The notes under the pieces: model-generated | Seen by the model: only the letters and a program-made list of their open reading frames with translations | Told to the model about the DNA's origin: nothing | The model's database searches: none | Made by a program: the position numbers and the translations under genes | Shown here: piece after piece, positions 1 through 8,676 of the stretch | Position numbering within the stretch: the first letter of the stretch is position 1 | Layout of the letters: every line of letters starts with the position of its first letter | Assembly (NCBI GenBank): GCA_963520015.1 | Contig: CAUQPM010000014.1 | Span: 2,484-66,483 of the forward strand | DNA: 64,000 nucleotides | Source of the DNA: an uncultured Oscillospiraceae bacterium | GTDB taxonomy: Bacteria > Bacillota > Clostridia > Oscillospirales > Acutalibacteraceae | Direction of reading: 5' to 3'

Positions 1-1
1 T

Positions 2-1651
2 GTAGATGACAGCGGTCCGGAACAGCTGGTGTATGAAGCCGCCAAGAAAAAAGGGATTCCGACCACCGTGGCGTCCGATATTACAAAACTGTATGGTTTG
101 ACCAGAAGAACCAGAACTGCCGCAATCAATGCCAGTATTCTTCCCAAAATGCTGGATACCGCAAATTCAACCGAAGCTTCTGTCAGGGAAGCGGGTGTGA
201 ATGTACCGTTAATGATTATGCGCGGTGACGGCGGCGTTATGGAAATCAACGAGATGAAAAAGCGCCCGGTGCTTACCATGCTGTCCGGCCCGGCTGCTTC
301 TGTTATGGGTTCCCTGATGTACCTGCGTGCCTCCAACGGCGTGTACTTCGAAGTCGGCGGTACAACGACAAATATCGGCGTTATCAAGAACGGGCGTCCG
401 GCTATCGATTATTCCATCGTAGGCGGCCATCCTACTTATATCAGTTCACTGGATGTACGTGTGCTCGGTGTAGCAGGCGGTTCTATGGTGCGTGCCAACA
501 AGAACGGCGTTGTAGATGTCGGACCGCGTTCCGCTCATATTGCGGGTCTGGATTATTCTGTTTACTCAGACCCTGACAAAATGGTGAATCCTAAAGTGGA
601 GTTCTTTTCACCCAAACCCGGTGACCCAAGCGATTATGTGGCGATTCGATTGGAAAACGGAGAGCGTGTCACCCTTACAAACTCTTGTGCGGCAAATGTG
701 TTGGGTCTTGTAAAACCGGAGCATTTCTCTTACGGTAATATCGAAGCCGCAAGAAAAGCGATGCAGGCGTTGGCAGACTACTGCAACACCACGGTAGAGG
801 ACATTGCAAAGCAGGTTATGGAGAAAGCTTACGCAAAAATTGAACCGGTCATCCTGGATTTGGCCGAAAAATATAAGCTTGAAAAAGACCAGATTTCGCT
901 GGTCGGCGTCGGCGGCGGCGCGGCTTCGCTGATTATCTATTTTTCCGAGAAAATGGGTATAAAGTATAGTATCCCGGAGAATGCAGAGGTTATTTCCTCC
1001 ATCGGCGTGGCGTTGTCCATGGTTCGTGACGTGGTAGAACGTATTATTCCTTCCCCCAGTCAGGACGACATCCGTTCCTTGAAGATGGAAGCAATGGATA
1101 AGGCGATTGAGAGCGGTGCTACGGCGGACAGCGTGGAAATCCACATTGAAATCGACCCGCAGACATCCAAAGTTACCGCAATCGCGACCGGTTCCACAGA
1201 AGTTAAGACCACTGACCTTTTGAAGGAATGCGATGAAAATGAAGCGCAGAAACTTGCAGCCGACGATATGCGAATCAATATAGACCAGACCGAGCTTTTA
1301 GAGAAAACAAAGTATTTTTATGTGTTCGGTGCCAAGGCAGTCAGCGCAGGCAAGTCAGTCCCGGTGCGTATCCTTGACACAAAAGGTTTTATCAAGGTTC
1401 AGCGCGGGAACGCTATGGTACTGAAGACCACAGCGCAGGATTACTTGGAGGCAGTTAAAAAGCTTTGGGAAGATATGGCTGTTTACCAGACTGAATTGAT
1501 TGCCAGGCCGGATTACTACCTGTGCATGGGCGCCAGGGTCATGGACTTTACGGCAGCAGATTTCAGCCAGCTGCAGCTGCTTATGGGAATCGAAATGTCT
1601 TCCCTTGACCCGGATACCGAGGTTATTATAGTGGCTGCCAATCAAAAATAA
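2..1651 (+). CDS. Hydantoinase/oxoprolinase family protein (5'-truncated by window edge)
   Basis: Frame is open from base 2 (VDDSGPEQLVYE...). Motifs MRGDGG, SGPAAS, EVGGTTT and GVGGG match the Hydantoinase_A actin-like ATPase fold. Confidence 0.85.
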   Translation, partial: VDDSGPEQLVYEAAKKKGIPTTVASDITKLYGLTRRTRTAAINASILPKMLDTANSTEASVREAGVNVPLMIMRGDGGVMEINEMKKRPVLTMLSGPAASVMGSLMYLRASNGVYFEVGGTTTNIGVIKNGRPAIDYSIVGGHPTYISSLDVRVLGVAGGSMVRANKNGVVDVGPRSAHIAGLDYSVYSDPDKMVNPKVEFFSPKPGDPSDYVAIRLENGERVTLTNSCAANVLGLVKPEHFSYGNIEAARKAMQALADYCNTTVEDIAKQVMEKAYAKIEPVILDLAEKYKLEKDQISLVGVGGGAASLIIYFSEKMGIKYSIPENAEVISSIGVALSMVRDVVERIIPSPSQDDIRSLKMEAMDKAIESGATADSVEIHIEIDPQTSKVTAIATGSTEVKTTDLLKECDENEAQKLAADDMRINIDQTELLEKTKYFYVFGAKAVSAGKSVPVRILDTKGFIKVQRGNAMVLKTTAQDYLEAVKKLWEDMAVYQTELIARPDYYLCMGARVMDFTAADFSQLQLLMGIEMSSLDPDTEVIIVAANQK

Positions 1652-1747
1652 GGCTGACCGCATAGCTCTTAACGGCTTACGGATGATATTGTATTTGAAT
1701 TGGAAAGAACTTGGATGAAAAAGGCTTGCATGAAAGCAGGGTGGCGT

Positions 1748-2464
1748 ATGGGTAAACCGGTAAAAATAAATATGTCGTTAAGCAGTATGATGTCATCTTT
1801 GCGGGATATCGATGATGAAATCTGGGGTGAATATGCTTTTTCCAGGGATATTTTAAGAGACCGTATCCCCGAAGAAAAAAAGTTTGAATATATTAGAAAT
1901 TCAATCCGGTGCGGGGAAGAATATGCGGATCGTATTCTGCAGGAAACCGGGCAGAGCGGCCCGCGTGAGATTGCGAACTGTCTTGGACTTCATGTTATCC
2001 CAAGCGACCTCCCCATGACGAGCAAACGGGTATTGTTTGCTCAGTATACCCCGCCGGATCAAATCGAGATCCTGCAGGAGCCGCTTGCAAAGTATAAGGC
2101 GGTTCTTGCGCATGCGACAGAAGAGGAATCCGCTCAGCTGGTTGCCGAATCGGAAATTCGTAACGTACTGCTTGGACACGAGATCTTTCATTTTTTGGAA
2201 GACCGGTACGAGGATGAGATTTACACCCGGACGGAAAAAATACGGCTATGGCGCATCCTGAACTTCAAAAACGACTCTACCGTAAGAGCGTTGGGTGAGA
2301 TCGCAGGCATGGCTTTTTCGAAAAGGCTTAACCATATCACTTATTCCCCGTTCTTACTTGATGTTTTGCTGTTTTTTGGTTATAATCCAGAAGGAGCGAA
2401 TAACATTTACCAGGACATCATGGCTATTAGTCAAAGCAAAAAATCTAACAAGGAACTGGTGTGA
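1748..2464 (+). CDS. Hypothetical protein with HEXXH zinc-metallopeptidase motif (ImmA/IrrE-like)
   Basis: LLGHEIFH followed by a downstream GEIAGMAF. The start is uncertain (1700 TTG, 1748 ATG or 1772 ATG). Confidence 0.65.
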   Translation: MGKPVKINMSLSSMMSSLRDIDDEIWGEYAFSRDILRDRIPEEKKFEYIRNSIRCGEEYADRILQETGQSGPREIANCLGLHVIPSDLPMTSKRVLFAQYTPPDQIEILQEPLAKYKAVLAHATEEESAQLVAESEIRNVLLGHEIFHFLEDRYEDEIYTRTEKIRLWRILNFKNDSTVRALGEIAGMAFSKRLNHITYSPFLLDVLLFFGYNPEGANNIYQDIMAISQSKKSNKELV

Positions 2465-2467
2465 AAA

Positions 2468-3139
2468 ATGCGTCAAGGCGGATCACTAAATGATGTAATC
2501 TATAAAAAAATCAGCGACGATATTATGGATTTGACGTTGGAACCGGGAGCAACCGTAAGTGTGCAGAAATTAGCGGATATGTACGGAGTCAGCCGCACTC
2601 CGGTAAGGGAAGCGGTTATTCGGCTTCAGAAAAAAGAACTTGTAGTCATTTATCCGCAGGCAAAAACAATCATATCTAAAATCAACTTAAAGAGGATACA
2701 GCAGGAACGTTATATACGTAAAGCATTGGAGCTTGCAGTGGTTGATGACTTTATTCAAAACAGCAACGCGCAGGTAATCGATGCGATGGAAAATATGATA
2801 CTTATCCAGAAAAATTGTATCAGCAAAAAAAATTATAAAGAATTCTTTGCTGCGGATAACGAATTTCATAAGATAATATTTGAAACAGCAGAAGAGAGTT
2901 TAGCTTGGGCTACGGTTAACGATGTCGTTTCACATTATAACAGGTTCAGAATCCTGTCCACAAAATTGGAAGGCATCGACCGAAAAATCATAAGTGAGCA
3001 TGAAGAAATTCTAAATGCTGCAAAGGAAAAAGACGTAGCCGGAATGAGAGAGATACTGAATGCCCATTTAAACAAGGTTAAGAGTGAACTTGGCAGCTTG
3101 CTTAACATCTATTCTCAATATTTTGTTGACGCACAGTAA
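2468..3139 (+). CDS. GntR family transcriptional regulator (FCD domain)
   Basis: wHTH motif LADMYGVSRTPVREA; C-terminal DNEFH...EHEEI. Confidence 0.92.
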   Translation: MRQGGSLNDVIYKKISDDIMDLTLEPGATVSVQKLADMYGVSRTPVREAVIRLQKKELVVIYPQAKTIISKINLKRIQQERYIRKALELAVVDDFIQNSNAQVIDAMENMILIQKNCISKKNYKEFFAADNEFHKIIFETAEESLAWATVNDVVSHYNRFRILSTKLEGIDRKIISEHEEILNAAKEKDVAGMREILNAHLNKVKSELGSLLNIYSQYFVDAQ

Positions 3140-3173
3140 AGCCAAAACTCATGAAGGAAAGGGGAAAGCACAC

Positions 3174-4244
3174 ATGCAAATGACCATGAGATGGTACGGA
3201 AGCAAATATGATACCGTTACATTAACACAGATTAAGCAGACCGCATATGTTACGGGGATCATCTCCACCCTGTACGATAAAATGCCGGGCGAAGTTTGGA
3301 CAAAAGAGGAGATTCTGGCGCTTAAAAAAGAAATAGAAGACGCAGGCCTTACACTTTCGGGTATTGAAAGCGTCAATGTAAGCGATGCAATCAAGAACGG
3401 TTCAGCAGACCGGGACAAGGATATCGCGGCATATATTGAGACCTTGAAAAATTTGGGTGAAGCAGATATCCATATGGTGTGCTACAATTTCATGCCTGTG
3501 TTTGACTGGACTCGGACGGAACTGGCAAGAAAACGCCCCGACGGGTCGACCGTAATGGCATATAATCAGGCTGCGGTTGATAAAATCAATCCGGACGAGC
3601 TGTTTGAATCCATTTCGAGCGAGATGAACGGTACGGTCATGCCCGGTTGGGAGCCTGAGCGTATGTCAAAGGTCAAAGAGCTGTTCGAAATATACAAAGG
3701 TATCGACGAGGAAAAGCTGTTTGAAAATTTGAAATATTTTCTGGATGCAATCATGCCGGTATGTGACCAATACAATATTAACATGGCAATCCATCCGGAT
3801 GACCCCTCTTGGAGCGTATTTGGTTTGCCGCGCATCATCAATAACAAGGAGCATATCCTGCGCGTTATGAAAATGGTGGATAATCCGCACAACGGCGTCA
3901 CGTTCTGCACCGGTTCCTATGGCACCAGTCTGAAGAACAATCTTCCGGATATGATTCACGCCCTGAAAGGACGCATACACTTTGCTCACGTCCGCAATCT
4001 TCAGTTCAATGATGAGGAACGCGATTTCGAAGAATCCGCACACCTGTCCTCGGACGGCACTTTTGACATGCATGCAATTGTGAAAGCACTCTACGACATC
4101 GGGTTTGAGGGGCCGATCCGTCCCGACCACGGCCGTATGATTTGGGGTGAGGTCGCTATGCCCGGTTACGGCCTTTATGACAGGGCACTTGGTGCAGCCT
4201 ATCTGTGCGGACTTTGGGAATCTGTTGTGAAGGAAAATAAATAA
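3174..4244 (+). CDS. uxuA: Mannonate dehydratase
   Basis: MTMRWYG N-terminus, CYNFMPVFDWTRT, HPDDP, RPDHG and PGYGLYDRALG; AAGGGG RBS before ATG 3174. Confidence 0.96.
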   Translation: MQMTMRWYGSKYDTVTLTQIKQTAYVTGIISTLYDKMPGEVWTKEEILALKKEIEDAGLTLSGIESVNVSDAIKNGSADRDKDIAAYIETLKNLGEADIHMVCYNFMPVFDWTRTELARKRPDGSTVMAYNQAAVDKINPDELFESISSEMNGTVMPGWEPERMSKVKELFEIYKGIDEEKLFENLKYFLDAIMPVCDQYNINMAIHPDDPSWSVFGLPRIINNKEHILRVMKMVDNPHNGVTFCTGSYGTSLKNNLPDMIHALKGRIHFAHVRNLQFNDEERDFEESAHLSSDGTFDMHAIVKALYDIGFEGPIRPDHGRMIWGEVAMPGYGLYDRALGAAYLCGLWESVVKENK

Positions 4245-4329
4245 ACGAAATCAGCCTATCTGTCTTCAATGATTATGTCCGTTCAGGTTGACCTTTTAAA
4301 GGTAATCGGAAAATATGCAAATATGAACT

Positions 4330-4360
4330 AACACGCCGCCTATCATGGGGGCGTGTTTTT
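4330..4360 (+). terminator. Stem-loop with T-tract between uxuA and uxaC
   Basis: AACACGCC...GGCGTGTT followed by TTT. Confidence 0.55.
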
Positions 4361-4379
4361 ACAAAAGGATGATGAATCA

Positions 4380-5795
4380 ATGAAAAAATTTTTAGACAAT
4401 GACTTTTTACTTCACAATGATACGGCAAAGACATTGTTTGATTCTTATGCGAAGGATATGCCGATTTTTGATTTTCACAACCACCTTTCCGCGGAGGAAA
4501 TTTATGAACACAGAAAATACGATAATATTACGCAGCTCTGGCTTGGGGGCGACCATTACAAATGGCGTGCCATGCGGGCGGTCGGTATTGATGAGCGCTA
4601 CATCACAGGGGATGCGCCTGATAAGGAAAAATTTTTGAAATGGGCATGGACAGTGGAACGAATTCCCGGCAATCCGCTTTATCACTGGACGCATCTTGAG
4701 CTGCAGCGCTATTTTGGCATACAGGAGCCTCTGTGCGAAAAGACTGCCGGGGACATTTGGACCCGCTGTAATGATTTGCTTGCCACGCCGGGCTTTGACG
4801 CTCTTGGATTGCTGCAGCAGCGCAAAGTAACGGCGCTTTGCACGACGGATGAACCCTTTGATTCGCTGGAATGGCACATAAAAATCAAAGAGGACCCGAA
4901 TATCTCCATTCAGGTATTGCCAGCGTTCCGTCCGGATAAACTTCTGCACATCGAAGACCCGGCCTTTTGCGGAGCTTTGCACCGCATGGAGGAGCGTTTT
5001 GCCGTTCCCATCCACTGCATGGCCGACCTGCAGCTGGCGCTGCAAAAAACGCTGGATCATTTTAAAACAGCCGGCTGTATTTTATCCGACCATGGCTTTT
5101 CCCTCTTTTCCTACGAACGCGGCGGCAATGCCGATGAGGTTCTGAAAAAAGCAATGACGGGGAACAGCCTGAGCGCACGGGAAATCGCTGTTTATAAAGG
5201 CGCGCTGTTGCGCTTTTTGGGAGCGGAATATTGTAAGCGCGGGATGTCGATGCAGCTTCACCTGGGCGCGCAGCGCGACAATAACACACCGATGCTGCAA
5301 AAGCTTGGCCCTAACTTCGGTTACGACAGCGTTGGGGAAGGTACGAAACCGGCGTTACTTTCCATGTGCCTTGATGATCTTGTTACCGCGGGCAACCTGC
5401 CCAACACGGTGCTTTACTGCCTGAACCCCGTTGATAACGCGGTGCTTTCCACGATGGCGGTGAACTTCGCCTGCGGTTCGGTACGCGGTAAAGTGCAGTT
5501 TGGCAGCGCATGGTGGTTTGAAGACAATGTGCGCGGTATTTCGAATCAGCTGGATGAACTGCTGGAAACCGGGCTGATTTCGACCTTTATCGGGATGCTT
5601 ACAGACAGCCGCAGCTTTACAAGCTTTACCCGCCATGAATATTTCCGCCGGATCCTGTGCGACAAGCTGGGGAAAATCATTGAAGACGGGGAGTACCCCA
5701 ACGATCTTGCGGCAATGGGCAAGATGATTCAAAATATCTGTTATGATAACGCTGTGGCCTATTTTGGCCTAAATGCAGGGGGAATTCAAAAATGA
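4380..5795 (+). CDS. uxaC: Glucuronate (uronate) isomerase
   Basis: DFHNHL, DHYKWRAMR, GNPLYHWTHLEL, AWWF, GMLTDSRSF and RHEYFRRILC. Confidence 0.96.
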   Translation: MKKFLDNDFLLHNDTAKTLFDSYAKDMPIFDFHNHLSAEEIYEHRKYDNITQLWLGGDHYKWRAMRAVGIDERYITGDAPDKEKFLKWAWTVERIPGNPLYHWTHLELQRYFGIQEPLCEKTAGDIWTRCNDLLATPGFDALGLLQQRKVTALCTTDEPFDSLEWHIKIKEDPNISIQVLPAFRPDKLLHIEDPAFCGALHRMEERFAVPIHCMADLQLALQKTLDHFKTAGCILSDHGFSLFSYERGGNADEVLKKAMTGNSLSAREIAVYKGALLRFLGAEYCKRGMSMQLHLGAQRDNNTPMLQKLGPNFGYDSVGEGTKPALLSMCLDDLVTAGNLPNTVLYCLNPVDNAVLSTMAVNFACGSVRGKVQFGSAWWFEDNVRGISNQLDELLETGLISTFIGMLTDSRSFTSFTRHEYFRRILCDKLGKIIEDGEYPNDLAAMGKMIQNICYDNAVAYFGLNAGGIQK

Positions 5796-7402
5796 AACTG
5801 AACAAAGCAAGTTTGCAGGATGTCGGCGCGTGGAAGTCTGCGAATGTCATCCTTCCTCAGTTCGATATCGATACCATGGTGCAGGCAACAAAACAGGTTC
5901 CGATTTGGGTGCATTTTGGGGCAGGAAATATCTTTCGGGGATTTATAGCCCGGCTGCAGCAGCAGCTATTGAATAAAGGACTTTCCCAAAGCGGTGTAAT
6001 CGCTGCGGACACATTTGATTATGATATCATAGATATGATTTATGAGCCTCATGATAATCTTACTTTACTGGTCAGTCTAAATCCGGACGGAACCACGGAT
6101 CGGGAAATCGTAGCGAGTATCGCGGACAGCATCCGCGCTGACAGTGCCGACTCTGAAGAAATGGCAAAACTAACCGCCATTTTTGAAAATCCGAGTTTGC
6201 AGGTAGTGAGTTTTACGATCACCGAAAAAGGATACGCGCTGGCTGACCTTCAGGGCAAATATTTTCCGGTTGTGGAAGCCGATATTAAGAATGGCCCCGC
6301 CGGCGCACGGCATGCAATGAGCGTTGTCACAGGGCTGATGCTCGCGCGTTACCGCTCAGGCGCCGCGCCCTTGACCCTTGCCAGCATGGACAATTGCAGC
6401 CATAACGGGGAAAAGTTGCGCTCTGCGGTTCTTGATATTGCAAAAGCGTGGCGGGAAAACGGATTTGCAGACGACGGGTTTGTTACCTATTTGGAAGATG
6501 ATACAAAGGTAACGTTTCCCTGGAGCATGATTGATAAGATCACACCTCGTCCTTCTGAAATTGTTGAAAGATCTCTTGCTGATTCCGGTATAGAGGGTAT
6601 GGCGCCAATCATTACAAGCAAAAATACATTTATCGCGCCGTTCGTCAATGCTGAAGTGCCGCAGTACCTTGTGATAGAAGACACGTTCCCGAACGGCCGC
6701 CCGCCGCTCGAGGAAGCGGGTGTCTATTTTACAGACCGTGAAACGGTCAACAATACCGAGCGCATGAAGGTGACGACATGCCTGAACCCGCTGCATACTG
6801 CGCTGGCTGTGTACGGCTGCCTGCTGGGCTATACAAGTATCGCCGCCGAAATGCTGGACGCCGACCTCAAGGCTTTGGTATCGCATATCGGTTACGACGA
6901 GGGAATGCCTGTTGTGGTAGACCCCGGTATCCTCAGCCCGATGGATTTTATCCGCGAGGTAATCGATCAGCGGTTGCCGAATCCCTTTATTCCCGACGCC
7001 CCGCAGCGCATAGCAACCGACACAAGCCAGAAGATCGCAATCCGTTTCGGGGAGACCATCAAATCTTATATCGCGCGGGACAGTTTGGATGTTACGGAAT
7101 TGAAGTACATTCCGCTCGCGATTGCCGGATGGCTGCGTTATCTGCTGGCTGTTGATGATAAGAACGAGACAATGGCGGTAAGCAGCGACCCAATGCTGCA
7201 CGAGCTTCAATCCCAGCTTGCGGGTATTGCAGTCGGCAATCCAAAAACTTATCATGGCCAGCTAAAGCCGATTTTGTCGAACTCCGTGCTGTTTGCTACA
7301 GATTTGTGCAAAACAGGGCTAGGTGATAAAATCGAGGCAATGTTCTGCGAAATGATTGCCGGCCCCGGCGCGGTGCGTGCCACATTAAAAAAGTATTTGT
7401 AA
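5792..7402 (+). CDS. uxuB: Mannitol dehydrogenase family protein, probable D-mannonate oxidoreductase (fructuronate reductase)
   Basis: HFGAGNIFRG, TITEKGY, MIDKITP and DTSQK; ATGA overlap with uxaC; uxuA/uxaC context. Confidence 0.85.
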   Translation: MKLNKASLQDVGAWKSANVILPQFDIDTMVQATKQVPIWVHFGAGNIFRGFIARLQQQLLNKGLSQSGVIAADTFDYDIIDMIYEPHDNLTLLVSLNPDGTTDREIVASIADSIRADSADSEEMAKLTAIFENPSLQVVSFTITEKGYALADLQGKYFPVVEADIKNGPAGARHAMSVVTGLMLARYRSGAAPLTLASMDNCSHNGEKLRSAVLDIAKAWRENGFADDGFVTYLEDDTKVTFPWSMIDKITPRPSEIVERSLADSGIEGMAPIITSKNTFIAPFVNAEVPQYLVIEDTFPNGRPPLEEAGVYFTDRETVNNTERMKVTTCLNPLHTALAVYGCLLGYTSIAAEMLDADLKALVSHIGYDEGMPVVVDPGILSPMDFIREVIDQRLPNPFIPDAPQRIATDTSQKIAIRFGETIKSYIARDSLDVTELKYIPLAIAGWLRYLLAVDDKNETMAVSSDPMLHELQSQLAGIAVGNPKTYHGQLKPILSNSVLFATDLCKTGLGDKIEAMFCEMIAGPGAVRATLKKYL

Positions 7403-7423
7403 ATTAATAAGCGAATCTTAATT

Positions 7424-7454
7424 TACCCCCGCATAGACACTGAGTGCGGGGGTA
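7424..7454 (+). terminator. Intrinsic terminator after uxuB
   Basis: 10-bp stem TACCCCCGCA / TGCGGGGGTA. Confidence 0.7.
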
Positions 7455-7600
7455 CTTCATATTAAATTATTTTCAGGAAAATAAAAATTATTGTATTACT
7501 AGGATTGTAATAATATGGGAAAGGTTATAGAATAAATTTATATTCAAATACTGCTTGAATATCCCAAAAGTTCTTCCGGGTATTTCAGTTATTCCTTATT

Positions 7601-7686
7601 AAAGTCAATTACGGTTCAAAACCTTCGGCGCGCGCACGCGCTTTTAAGGCGAATTTTGTTTTTAAACTGAGAACAAAATTGACTTT
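7601..7686. repeat. Dispersed ~90-bp element with inverted ends, copy 1 (MITE/REP-like)
   Basis: Ends are AAAGTCAATT...AATTGACTTT. The first 45 nt match 40216-40260 with 2 mismatches. Confidence 0.8.
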
Positions 7687-7743
7687 GCATATTATTGATT
7701 TAGGATCATTGAAAATATGACAATATGAATGAGGAGTTTTAAC

Positions 7744-8619
7744 ATGGCTACAACAAGACGGCGTTTCGGCGATAGGAAAGACGGCAGAAAATTACGAACT
7801 TTGGCTCCTTATAATACGGTTTCACCTTATATCATGGTCTCACGCAACGATTCCCAGAATTATCTGGCCGATAAATTTGAAACGTCGGCAGTGGATAAAT
7901 ATGTCCAGCAGAAGCGCGGCAGCGGGCTGGAGGGCTTTGGAATCCTGCATGTTATTCTTGCGGCCTATGTGCGAATGGTGTCCCAGAGGCCCGGCATCAA
8001 CCGGTTTATCGCCGGTCAAAAGATTTACGCCAGACCAAAGATTGTAATCAATATGGTTGTGAAGAAAAGACTCCGTGCAGACGATATCGATACTGTTATC
8101 AAAATAGTATTTGATCAGTCCGACACTGCGGAAGATGTTTATCGCCGCTTTCATACTGCAAGGGCAAAGGCATTCGAGAATGAAGAAAATGCCTTTGACG
8201 GAACAGCCAGAATTTTAAATTACATACCCGGACTGGTCAAAAAGTTCGCAGTCTGGTTTTTAAAACTGTTGGATTACTTTGGTTTGCTTCCAATGGCCTT
8301 AATAAACGTCAGTCCTTTTCATGGCTCAATGTTTATCACATCGATGGGGTCACTGGGTATTCCGCCTATTTATCATCATCTGTACAATTTCGGCAATGTT
8401 CCCGTCTTTCTGGCTTTCGGCGCCAAAAGGTCTGAAAATCAAATGAATGACACGGGCAAGGTTGTGAAGAAGAAATACATTGATTTTACCTTTGTAACGG
8501 ACGAACGCATCTGCGATGGCTTTTATTTTGCAGCCGGGCTGAAGCTGTTCCGTTCTTACCTCGCGAATCCTTCTATATTGGATATTCCGCCGCAGGAAGT
8601 TATCAGTGATGTCGAGTAA
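7744..8619 (+). CDS. Stand-alone 2-oxoacid dehydrogenase E2-like acyltransferase catalytic domain
   Basis: ITSMGSLG and DERICDG (E2 consensus DHRxxDG); no lipoyl domain; GAGGAG RBS before ATG 7744. Confidence 0.75.
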   Translation: MATTRRRFGDRKDGRKLRTLAPYNTVSPYIMVSRNDSQNYLADKFETSAVDKYVQQKRGSGLEGFGILHVILAAYVRMVSQRPGINRFIAGQKIYARPKIVINMVVKKRLRADDIDTVIKIVFDQSDTAEDVYRRFHTARAKAFENEENAFDGTARILNYIPGLVKKFAVWFLKLLDYFGLLPMALINVSPFHGSMFITSMGSLGIPPIYHHLYNFGNVPVFLAFGAKRSENQMNDTGKVVKKKYIDFTFVTDERICDGFYFAAGLKLFRSYLANPSILDIPPQEVISDVE

Positions 8620-8676
8620 ATTACATCTTTTCAATAATTCATGGGGATTATATATGGAAGAGAGTTGGTGCTTACA

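Noticed and set aside
6356..7255. 299-aa minus-strand ORF and the many other antisense or alternate-frame ORFs in the track
   Set aside because: They fully overlap well-supported genes and show no recognisable motifs or RBS, so they are shadow ORFs.
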